DNA of 64,000 nt from assembly GCA_016927065.1 (NCBI GenBank), contig JAFGNJ010000019.1, forward strand, positions 4,491 to 68,490. Reading direction: 5' to 3'. Under the pieces are notes generated by a model. It was not told the DNA's origin. It searched no databases and worked only from the letters and a program-made list of their open reading frames with translations. Shown here piece after piece: positions 30,801 to 39,503 of the stretch. Positions within the stretch are counted from its first letter, which is position 1; every line of letters starts with the position of its first letter. Source of the stretch: Deltaproteobacteria bacterium (GTDB lineage: Bacteria > Desulfobacterota > B13-G15 > RBG-16-54-18). The position numbers were made by a program, and so were the translations under genes.

Positions 30801-33800
30801 GGTTCTATCGACCGTGTTTCCATAGTCGTCGATGCCGGCGAGGGTAAGGGTTACGCCGTTTATACCGGTTTCACCGCCTTCCATAGCACCATTGTCATTC
30901 AAATCGCGGTAGACATATCCCTCGATACTCGATCTCTGAACTGTTACCGTGCCGCATCCTGTATTATTGCCTGGGTTAGGGTCATACTCGCTGGTGGTTG
31001 CCGTAGCGCAGTTCGTGGTGGTGCCGCCGCCGGGGTAGGCGGTGACGCGTACCGGTACGGTGATGGTGGCTACCTCGCCGGGCTCAAACCAGCCGAGATC
31101 ACAGGTCAGGTCTTGGCCAACAGGGGAACAGGTGCCGGTGAGCGGAGCGGTTCCGCTTTTGTCCCAGGATGGTGGAGCTGGTCCATAGAATTCCATGCCG
31201 GCAGGCAGGGTATCAGTCACATTGGTATAGATGCTTTGGCCCGGCCCGTTATTAGTCACCGTAATGATCCAGTTGAAGGGCTCACGCAGTTGGACTATAG
31301 GCGATGACGGAACTTTTGCAGCTACCAAATCGACACGCTGGCGCACAGAGGTGTTCTCTTCCTCTGCGTTGTTATTCACATTTCGCTCGATTTCGTTTGA
31401 GCTCACCGTAGCGATGTTGTAATGCGTATCGCCAGTTGCATCCGGGGCTGTTATCACCTCGAAGAGGAGGTAGCGTGTATACGTGCTGTTAGGGGCCAGA
31501 TTCGGGAAATTGCAGGTAATATTTTGCGTAACAGGGCCAGTTACCGAATTCCCGACGTTGTCACACAAACAACTAGGAACACCCGATCCATTTGGGTTAT
31601 CCCAGTCACCACGAAACGTGAGGGTCTTGCCGTTCTTCGGCGTCATGGCATCGGCCAGGACAACGGTAGTGGCAAGTGAAGGCCCCCGGTTGTTAATGAC
31701 CACTTCATAGGTAATGATGTTGTTGGCTGGGACTCCTGGATCATACCCGATGGGGTCTACGAGATCGGTCTTATTGACCAGCAGGTCAAGATCGGATGTC
31801 TCTACATTTAAGGTCGCAGTCCGGCTGTTGTTCCCAGCGTTGCTCTCGGTGGTGCCCGTGCCGATAGTAGCGATGTTGCTGAAGGTCCGATCCGGATCTC
31901 CGCTCTGCCAGTTGGGGCGGATAACCACAGTCAGGGTTTCGCTCTGGCCGTTGGTCAAGGTACCGATAGTGCAGGTCAGAGTATAGGCACCCTCACCGTA
32001 GCTGTTGCCCGGGATCAGACCAGCGCAAGTTCCCTGAGTGGAGTCCACCGAAACAAGCGTAAATCCGCTATCTGGGGGAACTGAGGCGGGAACCGTGATT
32101 GTGTCGGTGACGACGACATCATCCCCGGCGACAAAACCTCCCGCCGACGATGGCCCGTTGTTGCCAAACGTCATCACATAGGTGGCTTCGGTACCGGCGG
32201 TTACGGGATTGGGGGAAACAGTCTTACCCTGCATCTGCACGTCGCAGATAGGATCGATGGTCACGGTCGCGGTATCGGAATTGTTGGTATGATCGGGATC
32301 GCCGACATCAGTGGAATTGACCGTTGCCGTGTTGGTCTGGCTACCGTCGAACAGGGGGCGCGTGACGTCGATGGTGATGGTTGCGGTCTCACCGTCTGGA
32401 ATGTTTCCGCCAGTGCAGGTGACCGTTCCGTTAGTGTGATTGCAGGTGAACCCATGGGTGGGTGGTGTTGCCACAGGAAACGCAACACCGGTGGTGACGG
32501 GGACACCGGTACTGCTCGAGAAGTACCCCGCTACAGTGTCCGTTACCACTACTCCGGTCGAAGCATCAGGGCCGGTGTTAGTGACGGCAAGCGTATAGGT
32601 AATTGTGGTTTCGCCAACGGTGAGCGTTGTATCGCCACCTGCATCGGCGCTCTTGGCGATGGTCAAATCAGCTTTCTCGGCGGTGCTGACAACGGTTTCA
32701 CTGTCATCATTATTGCCCGGTACCCCGTCTGGTTGACCACCAACATCGCTGACAGTGCCGATGTTGGTCAAAGGACCAGTGCCGGTTGCCGTGGTGATGA
32801 TGGTCAAGGTAGACGTTGAGGCTCCGACAGCCAGGGGTGTAGCGCTGTATGTACAGGTTAGTGTCTCTGGAGGTCCTGCAGCATAGCTACATGACCAGTC
32901 GGTACCGCTATACGATTGATAGGTTTCACCTGCCGGCAAGGTTTCGACGAGGGTAAGGGTCCCTGATGTGGCGCGCGGACCATTATTGGTCATCACGAAG
33001 GTACTGGTGATATCAGAGCCCTGGGCTACGGGATCAGGCGATTTGGTCTTGTTGACGGACAAATCGGCGCCGTCCGGTACGATATCGAAGGTTATTGAAT
33101 CCGAGTTGTTGCTGAGATTGGGGTCAGGAGTGGTTGAGGTTATCACTCCAGTATTGGTAATGCCGGCCCCGCTTACAGGCGCAGTGGCCTGGACCAGGAT
33201 ATCATCCGTTGCCCCCACTGCGTATGTCGCGCGTGTACAAGAAACGTCTTGACCAACCACATTGCAGGTCCAGCCAGGACCGCTCGCGCTGATGCCGGTA
33301 AAACCAGCCGGAATTATATCAGCTACTTCAACGGTTTGGGCATCAAACGGGCCGTTATTACGCGGGCGCAGCCTAAAGGTGGCCGTGTCGCCGCCGATGA
33401 CGAATCCCACGGCTTGCTTCGTGATCGCCAGATCCGCCCCTTCATTTACTATCGTATCTTCGGTAATGGTATTGTTATTGATATCCGGGTCGCCGGTGGC
33501 TGCGGAAACATTCACCGTATTGGTAATGGTGCCGGTGAAAGCACCGGTCTCTTGCACTACCAGCGAGATGACCGGAGCAGTCACCCCGTTTGCAATGGTC
33601 GTTCGCTGGCACGTTACCACGCCTCCGGGATTCACGCCGTTGTGGCTGCATGACGACCACCCCGTACCACCGGCAGACACATAGGTCATGTTGGGGGACA
33701 AAGTGTCTTCTACGGTGATTGTGTAGGCATCATTTGGGCCGTTGTTCGTTACATCAATAGTGTAGGTGACATTCCCACCGGCAATGACCGGATCAGGGGT

Positions 33801-34355
33801 ATCACTTTTTGCGACTATCAGGTCCGCGCCGTCATCAATAGTCGTATTCTGAGTCAAGGAGTTATTGGCTGGGTTTGTATCGGGTGGGATTGGATCAGAG
33901 GTGATCGTAGCGGGACCAGTAGGAGGGCCAATATTAATGGTTGAGGGGGTAGTTGCTGTGGTTTGGATGACCACATCAATCGTGATAATCGGTCCTGGTC
34001 CTGTGGGGGGAGGGACGAGCGTTCCGACGAGGTCACCCAAGTTGCAGGTGACGGTGCCCGGAGTGCCGCCGTCGTGGCTGCAGCTGGGGTGGCCGCTGAC
34101 CGAAACAAAACTGGTATCGGCCGGCAGAGGTACGGACAACTGCACGCCGGTGGCAGTATCGTTGGCATTGTTTTCTACCGTGATGGAATAGGTTATCTGG
34201 CCGCCGCGTATTCCGGGGTCGGGATTATCGACAAGCTGGGATATCTGTAAATCGACCGCAAATGCCTGGCAGCAGAGAAAAACAGGGAACAAAAGGCCGA
34301 TAATAAAAGTTATTGAACTGAAGAGTCTTTTCACATTTAAAGGGTAACTAAACAT
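24873..34355 (-). CDS. Giant exported repeat protein (3160 aa): DUF11 repeats, SdrD-B-like repeats and a predicted C-terminal outer-membrane beta-barrel region; putative adhesin
   Basis: Signal peptide (..AFA|VDL); about 8 repeats DLxxxK..PDPV..G..ITY..TNNGP; 3-4 repeats G.V..D.N.NG..GE.GI; amphipathic beta-strand C-terminus ending ..FVNFVAKW. Confidence 0.85.
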   Translation of the reverse strand: MFSYPLNVKRLFSSITFIIGLLFPVFLCCQAFAVDLQISQLVDNPDPGIRGGQITYSITVENNANDTATGVQLSVPLPADTSFVSVSGHPSCSHDGGTPGTVTCNLGDLVGTLVPPPTGPGPIITIDVVIQTTATTPSTINIGPPTGPATITSDPIPPDTNPANNSLTQNTTIDDGADLIVAKSDTPDPVIAGGNVTYTIDVTNNGPNDAYTITVEDTLSPNMTYVSAGGTGWSSCSHNGVNPGGVVTCQRTTIANGVTAPVISLVVQETGAFTGTITNTVNVSAATGDPDINNNTITEDTIVNEGADLAITKQAVGFVIGGDTATFRLRPRNNGPFDAQTVEVADIIPAGFTGISASGPGWTCNVVGQDVSCTRATYAVGATDDILVQATAPVSGAGITNTGVITSTTPDPNLSNNSDSITFDIVPDGADLSVNKTKSPDPVAQGSDITSTFVMTNNGPRATSGTLTLVETLPAGETYQSYSGTDWSCSYAAGPPETLTCTYSATPLAVGASTSTLTIITTATGTGPLTNIGTVSDVGGQPDGVPGNNDDSETVVSTAEKADLTIAKSADAGGDTTLTVGETTITYTLAVTNTGPDASTGVVVTDTVAGYFSSSTGVPVTTGVAFPVATPPTHGFTCNHTNGTVTCTGGNIPDGETATITIDVTRPLFDGSQTNTATVNSTDVGDPDHTNNSDTATVTIDPICDVQMQGKTVSPNPVTAGTEATYVMTFGNNGPSSAGGFVAGDDVVVTDTITVPASVPPDSGFTLVSVDSTQGTCAGLIPGNSYGEGAYTLTCTIGTLTNGQSETLTVVIRPNWQSGDPDRTFSNIATIGTGTTESNAGNNSRTATLNVETSDLDLLVNKTDLVDPIGYDPGVPANNIITYEVVINNRGPSLATTVVLADAMTPKNGKTLTFRGDWDNPNGSGVPSCLCDNVGNSVTGPVTQNITCNFPNLAPNSTYTRYLLFEVITAPDATGDTHYNIATVSSNEIERNVNNNAEEENTSVRQRVDLVAAKVPSSPIVQLREPFNWIITVTNNGPGQSIYTNVTDTLPAGMEFYGPAPPSWDKSGTAPLTGTCSPVGQDLTCDLGWFEPGEVATITVPVRVTAYPGGGTTTNCATATTSEYDPNPGNNTGCGTVTVQRSSIEGYVYRDLNDNGAMEGGETGINGVTLTLAGIDDYGNTVDRTTTTNAGGFYRFNNLSPSDASGYTITETQPPLSYFDGLDSRDNGASAIPGSRTTDVISSIIVPANTALAGYLFGEIPAASISGYVWSDEDNDGVRDAGETTGIPNVQITLTGTDYLGNPVTVSTTTNASGAYGFGPLRAGTYTVTETQPLAWADGLDSVGSAGGTLGNDIISNIDLSTTTIATDYNFGEIGGSLAGTVYNDINNNGIDEPAEPGIPNVTVTLTGTDINGNAVNLVTTTASDGSYSFDNLPMPNAAGYTITETPPAGWIDGQDTVGTLGGSTAVNDVFSAIVFPTPGALGTGYNFGERQGAAGVAQVSGTVWLDLDHQRDLDAGEPLMANWTVELIQRANPTDTTYTLIATTTTNAAGAYAITGLSPGTYEIRFRHPSGGYIYGHPISVWPGVDLDYGTIRDLTLAGGDDAINQNLPLDPSGVIYDAVTRVRVAGATITISGPPGFDPAVHLVGGAANATQTTGPMGDYQFLLLNTAPTGTYTLTTTSPPGYVPGISTLIPPCSNTLTVLAAPAPAVVQNNDGPPSTDLPGVCPADSGGLAAGADTTQYFLSFSFTPLVSANVVNNHIPLDPAGEAFFITKSVNKKTVSIGDLILYTLRIQNTTGAPFVGTITIRDNIPAGFKYVDGSARIDGQSINPVGTRPLEFQNLTFAVGQTRTITYILVVGSGVQEGEYKNTAFAMRGGNRISNIASASVCVIKDPIFELTTIIGKVFHDKNGNGIQDEGEEGIAMAKVISVRGEIVTTDKFGRYHIAGVDPGRWDRGRNFILKVDPKSLPAGTRFTTENPRVVRITSALMKKINFGVQLPAAVPSSQEGVEPVQDTHDGKTPIITVSQDRFITDPRLNVSLMNDAILRTDAGLKEDIAFYIYTNYPDFIQEYKISIYDKKDVECIYPLKTIELQQASNYEPVYWNGILDNGELIDINKEYKYILEVYNEEGRRDETIPKFFTVSSGALFEEGEHDSVKALTEGKFPGFGIDNTAQRSIIPKGEKVVFYGKNLAPTDHVYIDEEYVPVDEEGGFIAESIKPPGEHHATIIVKDNEGGVKASQTEKVDVDINNKEGGGVKAFFKDFFTEFFIVGIVDVNLGQYSFSGHVEPVAQDDHYDEEIYVDGRAAFYLKGKIKGKYLLTAYLDTEDGEIQDIYKRFDDKDPKRIFRNLDPDKYYPVYGDDSTLISDVETQGRFYVRLEWDKSEVLWGNYNTQITGTELARYNRSLYGAKVYYESLAETQFGDSKGMFTGFVSQCQTLQDHNEFLSTGGSLYYLRNQRVVEGSEKVAIEIRDKDSGRVISIATLLAGADYEIDYYQGRILLSSPLPILANSQTIISSALINGDSVFLVVDYEYNTDCFGCTEGVENLTAGARGFWWIFDQFGLGSTFVRETRDNQDYNLYGVDAKIKLFKGTYTNFEFASSQQTQIPGLFSVDGGLSFAPIESSATTDRGNAFKAGQVIDFKEITDGAFPLGLEAYYVFREEGFSSLGKETEHDTTEFGVNARYDITKNHFVSVKHSTFDEADDFYESISTAQLESHWTDRFRSIFEVRHKKLDEDENNIQPEHPEADTILGTEEDVIAGIKLSYDFNNGTELYAAQQVTLYNNDNTPENNKTTIGINSQITEWLRAGLEGFGGNLGYGGRVGLMSSMNDKVNTYTSYMFSTDRTEGRTHTVTFGSTAKVNERTDVYSENQFKESRLENAFSDIIGIRYLPNDRWNIDVKYESAHVTKDTADSYVEHNIIKRDTASFGVTYDHEPFKASSRFEMRFDRGDVDENQYITTTSLKYTVNKEWSFLANCNFSLTHNQTMNMDDAHFFEISTGFAYRPIKVDKLNMLFKYTFLEDLPPLSQVGSTEVDERSHVVSLEGIYDLSRYFSVGGKAAYKSAQMRMGRTSGEWFSSDTVLFAGRLDYHVIKNWDASLEYRFLKVFQAEDYKHGPLVCLYRHFGDHIKVGVGYNFTDFNDDLTNLSYDAGGWFVNFVAKW

Positions 34356-34452
34356 ATCAAAAGTAAGAGTAGTGATTTCCCTCCAGGAATTATTGGGTAA
34401 GAATTATACGAAGCTGAACAGTAAGAATAATGCCGCATTGGGTCTTATTATT

Positions 34453-34468
34453 TGCAATTCAGCTGCCA
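34453..34468 (-). promoter_or_regulatory. sigma54 (-24/-12) promoter of the giant adhesin gene
   Basis: TGGCAGCTGAATTGCA, with the spacing of consensus TGGCACN5TTGCW. Confidence 0.6.
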
Positions 34469-34651
34469 AAAATTTATTCCTTCTGGCGTTAAGGTAGTGA
34501 AAAATATTACACTTTCCAAAGAAAGGCAAGATAAATATTGAGTGGATGCTGAGGAAAATACGCTTTTGGGCATATTTGGTTATAAAAATTGTCACCATGT
34601 CGCAACATAAAGAAAAGGGCTAGGCCGAAACGCCTAACCCCCCCAAATCCC

Positions 34652-34681
34652 TGGCGCGCCCAGGGCGACTCGAACGCCCGA
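34652..34681 (-). repeat. Exact 30-bp duplicate of the tRNA-Arg(ACG) 3' end (att site)
   Basis: tggcgcgcccagggcgactcgaacgcccga identical to 39415-39444. Confidence 0.9.
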
Positions 34682-34765
34682 ATTGGTAACTCTCAGTGCA
34701 AGAATTTCGTAATAACGTATTGGCGAACAGTGACCGGTTTTGCGTTGGGTTCACTAATCGCCATA

Positions 34766-37700
34766 TTACTTTTTACCATATTCTTCCATCGCCTTCGCCA
34801 GCCGGTCCTGATGTTCACTCTTTCCTTCAAAGCGTTCCATCATACTGTAAAAACAAGGAACCACATAGAGCGTCAGCAACGTCGAAAAGATCATGCCTCC
34901 GATAACCGCAATGGCCATGGGGTTGCGACTTTCAGCCCCGGGACCAATGGCTAAAGCAACGGGAATGGCAGCCGCAATAGTAGCCACCGAAGTCATCAGG
35001 ATAGGCCTCAACCGAATGGGGCAGGCCGTTAACAGGGCCTTGCGGACCGACGTCTCACCCCGCTCTCTTACCTGATTCGTAAAATCGACTAGAAGGATCG
35101 AATTTTTCTTGACGATCCCCATGAGCAAGATCAGGCCGATAACGCTGTAAATGTTGATTGATCGCTGGCTGATAAACAAGGCCATGAGTGCGCCGGAGAC
35201 GCTGAAAGGAAGGGCCATCAGTACCGAGAGGGGGTCGATAAAGCTGTTAAACTGAGCAGCCAACACCATGTAGGCCACGAGAATACCGAGCAAGAGGACC
35301 CAGATGAGGCTTTGGAGAGAATCGACAAATGTTTGTGAGCTCCCGCTCAGCGTAACATGATACTCAGGCGGCAAGATCCGCTTGGCAATATCCTGGGCCG
35401 CCCGCAGGGCCTTTTGCTGGGACTCACCGGCCTTAACATTGGCATAGACAGTGATCGACCGTTCTCGATTGCTTCGCGAGATCGATACCATTGATTCTTT
35501 TTCCTCCATACTAATCAATTTAGCAAGGGGAGCCAATTCCCCACGGTTGTTGCGGACAAAAAGTCTGTTTACCTTGGTTCGCGGGTCTTCTTTTCCCTCT
35601 TCAAGCTTCAGGCGGATGTCATACCGGTGTCCGCCTTTTTCATACGTACCGATATCGACGCCGCCGATCATAGCCTCGACAACTTGGGAAATGCTGGCAA
35701 TAGTTACTCCGTGCGCAGCAGCCTTTTTTCGGTCCGGCACCACATGGAGCTCGGGCTGGCCAATAGAATAATTAGTATCCACATCGGTGACTAGATCGGT
35801 TTTCTCCAACTCATCCATTATCTGTCTTGAATAGGCCGCCAGTTTGTCCCAATCCGGCCCTTGAACGGTAAACTCCACCGGGAAACCTCGGGAAAAAGAA
35901 AAACCTCTGGTTGAAGGGTCTTGGATTACCGCACGGACATCCGGGATTTCGTTAAACTGCTGCCGGCAGACGTTCATAAATTCCTGCTGACTCAGCTCGT
36001 GTCCCACAGTCGGATCGATACCTCGCTTGCCCCGGTCCTTCATCGTGACCATCATGAAGCCACTATTCGCGTCACCGGGAGACCCGCCCCCCACATGCAT
36101 GACATAGCTATCCACCTCGGGTCGCTGCGAGAGAAATTTTTCCGCTTCACTGAATTTTAAATCGGAATATGAGAGAGACGAACCAACAGGAGTCTTAAGG
36201 CGGACAACAAAACGACTCTGATCCTGGGCAGGGATAAATTCCTTATTGAGAAATATAAGGGCCGAAAAACTCAACGCAAAGACTGCCAGTGCCAAAACAA
36301 TCACCTTCCAGCGATTGTTCAAGGCCACGGCAAGCGAAGCGGCGTACAAAACCCTGGTCTTGTTCATCAACAATTCGACGCCCCGACCGAGCCACGTCGT
36401 CCGTTCTCCGACATCAACGAATTGTGAGCACCGCATCGGGGTCAGGGTCAGGGCTTCTAAAAGAGAGAGTAATACGGCCACCGTGATGGTCACGCCGAAC
36501 TGGAAGAAAAACCGCCCGATAACGCCGCTCATGAAGGCCACCGGAAGGAAGATGGCAACAACGGAGACCGTGGCAGCGACAGCGGCAAAGGTAATCTCTC
36601 GGGAGCCGGTCAGGGCCGCCAGAATCCTGTTGTGTCCCTTTTCCTGGTGGCGGATAATATTCTCGAGGACCATGATGGCATCATCGACCACGATCCCAAT
36701 GGAAAGGCTGAGACCCAGCAGCGTAAAGGTATTTAACGTGAAACCGGAAAAATAGAGTACAATAAAGGTGCCGACAACCGAGGTTGGAATCGCCATCAAC
36801 ACGTTTACCGTGGATGACCACGAACCCAGAAAGAGCCAACACACCAGCGCGGTCAAAATGGCCGAGAGAAGCAACGTAAAGTTTAATTCGTTGACCGTTT
36901 GTTCGATATAGCTGCTGCTGTCATAAGTTATGCTTAGCTTCATGCCGTCCGGCAGCCCCTGCTGCACCTCGGCAACCCTAACTCGTACCGCCTTCGCCAC
37001 AGCAACGGCATTAGATCCGCGCTGCTTGAGGATACTGACCGCGACACTGGGAGTCCCTATAGCTCGGCTGATGCTCGTGGTGTCGGCCATACCTTCTTCG
37101 ACTCGCGCGACTTGATTGAGGCGGATGGGGCTATAATTCGGCTGCCCGCCCCGTTGATTGATGATCAAGTTGCCAAACTCTTCTATGGTTTTGGCCTCAC
37201 CCATGGTCCGAACGTTCAACTGCCGTTTTCCTTCTTCCAGCTGCCCCGCTGGTCCCTCCCGGTGCTGCGTTTGGACCGTGTTGATAAGATCATTGACCGA
37301 TAGGGCATAACGGTTTAGGGCCTTCTCGTTCACCCAAATGCGCAGGTTGGGGCTACGGTAACCCCAAAGGCTGATATCACCGACTCCCGCGACCGTGGAA
37401 AACTGATTTTTAACGCGGTCATTCGCATACGACATCAGGTCTTCCAGTGGATATGTATCGCTCTCGAGGCTCAGGAGCAAGATCGGCATATCTTCTGGAT
37501 TTGACTTGCGTATATTCGGTGAAGAGATCCCCTCGGGAAGCCGCCGCAAAACAGAGGAGACCTTGGTTTGAACGTCCTGGACAGCCAGATCGATGTCACG
37601 GTCCAGTTCGAATTCGATCCTAATGATTCCTTGGCTATTTTCCGACTCAGAGGTAACGTTGCGGATGCTTGAAATGCTCATGACGGCGTCTTCGATGATA

Positions 37701-37894
37701 TCAACGACGGAGGTCTCGATGACCTCCGGCGCCGCCCCTTCCAGGCGGATGCTGACGGAAACCACGGGATAATCGACATCCGGGAGCAAACTGATTCCTA
37801 TGCGCATAAAGGAGATCCCCCCGAATATAATGAGCCCGGACATAAGCATCCAGGCGAAGACGGGCCGCTTGATGGAGATCTCGGATAGTTTCAC
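34766..37894 (-). CDS. RND efflux permease (AcrB/HAE1 family)
   Basis: SIKRPVFA, GIVVDDAIMVLENI, GIVKKNSILLVDF, RLRPILMT. Confidence 0.95.
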   Translation of the reverse strand: MKLSEISIKRPVFAWMLMSGLIIFGGISFMRIGISLLPDVDYPVVSVSIRLEGAAPEVIETSVVDIIEDAVMSISSIRNVTSESENSQGIIRIEFELDRDIDLAVQDVQTKVSSVLRRLPEGISSPNIRKSNPEDMPILLLSLESDTYPLEDLMSYANDRVKNQFSTVAGVGDISLWGYRSPNLRIWVNEKALNRYALSVNDLINTVQTQHREGPAGQLEEGKRQLNVRTMGEAKTIEEFGNLIINQRGGQPNYSPIRLNQVARVEEGMADTTSISRAIGTPSVAVSILKQRGSNAVAVAKAVRVRVAEVQQGLPDGMKLSITYDSSSYIEQTVNELNFTLLLSAILTALVCWLFLGSWSSTVNVLMAIPTSVVGTFIVLYFSGFTLNTFTLLGLSLSIGIVVDDAIMVLENIIRHQEKGHNRILAALTGSREITFAAVAATVSVVAIFLPVAFMSGVIGRFFFQFGVTITVAVLLSLLEALTLTPMRCSQFVDVGERTTWLGRGVELLMNKTRVLYAASLAVALNNRWKVIVLALAVFALSFSALIFLNKEFIPAQDQSRFVVRLKTPVGSSLSYSDLKFSEAEKFLSQRPEVDSYVMHVGGGSPGDANSGFMMVTMKDRGKRGIDPTVGHELSQQEFMNVCRQQFNEIPDVRAVIQDPSTRGFSFSRGFPVEFTVQGPDWDKLAAYSRQIMDELEKTDLVTDVDTNYSIGQPELHVVPDRKKAAAHGVTIASISQVVEAMIGGVDIGTYEKGGHRYDIRLKLEEGKEDPRTKVNRLFVRNNRGELAPLAKLISMEEKESMVSISRSNRERSITVYANVKAGESQQKALRAAQDIAKRILPPEYHVTLSGSSQTFVDSLQSLIWVLLLGILVAYMVLAAQFNSFIDPLSVLMALPFSVSGALMALFISQRSINIYSVIGLILLMGIVKKNSILLVDFTNQVRERGETSVRKALLTACPIRLRPILMTSVATIAAAIPVALAIGPGAESRNPMAIAVIGGMIFSTLLTLYVVPCFYSMMERFEGKSEHQDRLAKAMEEYGKK

Positions 37895-39210
37895 GGTTTT
37901 TCCTGGCCCTCCATAAGATTGAGCCGACGGGCCACCGCCGCTTCCAATTTGTTGTAATCAATCTTGACTGCGTAGCGGATCTTTTCCAGAGAACGCAGGG
38001 TATCCTGATACGCCGTCAGCGCCTGCAGCACGTCAAGGTTCGTCACCAAATTAAACTGGTAGTCCTTGACATTGGCCTCGTAATTTTTCTTTACTATGAC
38101 AAAGGCCTCTTCTAAAGCTTCCAGCTGAGCCAGATCGGCCTCGAGGTTATGGTACAAGGAACGAACATCTTCCAAGGCCAACCGCTGAACTTGACTTAAT
38201 TGTATCTCGCTCTGGCGTTTCTGAGACTTGGCTGTCTGTACGTTAGAAGAAATAATTCCACCGGTAAAAATCGGTATCGTTACGGCAATCTGGGCATCCC
38301 ACGTTCCTTTTTGATCTCGATCAGGGCGATCGATATAGTAGTTTCCGATCAGATCCGCGGACGGCAGATACGCCCCCTTGGCAACAGAAACTTTGGAATT
38401 GAAAGCTTCAACGTTTTTTTGGGCAGCCTTGATATCGGGTCGTGCCGAAATCTCGGCCTGATAGCTCTCCAAAGATTCAAGAGAAACGGGGACTACGTCG
38501 GTGTCGTCGAGGGGGAGATCCGGGTCCAAACCGGTAAGGAAGGCCAAGACTTCTTTGGCCACATTCAATTGTCCCACCACCTGTTCCCGTTGAGCCCTGA
38601 GAATAGCCTGGGCCGCTTGGACGGTGAGCACTTCCGTTGCCCGGGAACGCCCGATGGCGCGCCGCTGTTCAAGTTCTTTGATCCTCTTCCGATATAGTTC
38701 AAGCTCGCTCTCAAGGACCTGGAGGTCTTTGTGTACGGCCAACCGCCCATAAAAGGCCTGTGCCACATCGCGATAGAGCTGCATGCCAGCCCATTGACGG
38801 GCTTGTTCCTGCGCCGTAATAAAGGCCTTTGCCGCCTTTATGGCGGCAAATTCTCTAAAGCCCCGAAACAAAGGTTGGTCGGCCGTAATTTTCAACGTAT
38901 GTTGTGCGGCGGAATTCGCTCTGTTACCCGAATTGGAAAGCCCCTCCGCATTCCGATAGAAATAAGAATAAGATCCTTCGATAGTGGGCAAAATACTACC
39001 CCAGGCACGATTATAATTTTCTTCCGCTTGGACGACCAACTCTTGTTGGGTGGCCAGGATTTCACTTCTTTTCAATGCCGCCAGAAAACAATCCTTAAGA
39101 GTCAGTTCTTGACCCGCCCATAATGAAGAGGGATGTAATAAATAAATAATGATGGCAATGCTCAAGAATAACCTTGAGATGTTGCAGAGAGATGTTCGAT
39201 ATTGATTCAT
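37891..39210 (-). CDS. TolC-family outer membrane factor
   Basis: Signal peptide; two OEP repeats (QPLFRG; IPIFTGG); 4-bp overlap with the RND gene. Confidence 0.9.
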   Translation of the reverse strand: MNQYRTSLCNISRLFLSIAIIIYLLHPSSLWAGQELTLKDCFLAALKRSEILATQQELVVQAEENYNRAWGSILPTIEGSYSYFYRNAEGLSNSGNRANSAAQHTLKITADQPLFRGFREFAAIKAAKAFITAQEQARQWAGMQLYRDVAQAFYGRLAVHKDLQVLESELELYRKRIKELEQRRAIGRSRATEVLTVQAAQAILRAQREQVVGQLNVAKEVLAFLTGLDPDLPLDDTDVVPVSLESLESYQAEISARPDIKAAQKNVEAFNSKVSVAKGAYLPSADLIGNYYIDRPDRDQKGTWDAQIAVTIPIFTGGIISSNVQTAKSQKRQSEIQLSQVQRLALEDVRSLYHNLEADLAQLEALEEAFVIVKKNYEANVKDYQFNLVTNLDVLQALTAYQDTLRSLEKIRYAVKIDYNKLEAAVARRLNLMEGQEKP

Positions 39211-39331
39211 ATGCCCTCTTGTTTCTCGCCAATAACATGCATCTCTATTGACGAGACTTCCACGCGTTTTTCAGAAAGCAGCGATTAAAGGCAGCTACAT
39301 CATCCATTATAAGACTTTTTTTACTGAGCGA

Positions 39332-39361
39332 AGTATAAAATGACCATTAATCGTTGGTCAA
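39332..39361 (-). promoter_or_regulatory. sigma70 promoter with overlapping palindromic operator
   Basis: TTGACC-18 nt-TATACT; TGACCA-8 nt-TGGTCA inverted repeat at 39341-39360. Confidence 0.6.
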
Positions 39362-39414
39362 GCTAATAAATCAAAAAAAGGGTTAACCCATTATAGGCTA
39401 ACCCATTTATATTG

Positions 39415-39491
<77 letters not shown>

Positions 39492-39503
39492 CTTTGTAAA
39501 ACG

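Larger units (their letters stand above)
24857..34651. mobile_element. Integrase-less genomic islet 2 at tRNA-Arg (giant adhesin)
   Basis: Bounded by tRNA-Arg 3'-end copies at 24816 and 34652. Confidence 0.6.
34682..39414. mobile_element. Integrase-less genomic islet 1 at tRNA-Arg (TolC + RND)
   Basis: Flanked by identical 30-bp tRNA 3'-end direct repeats. Confidence 0.7.
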
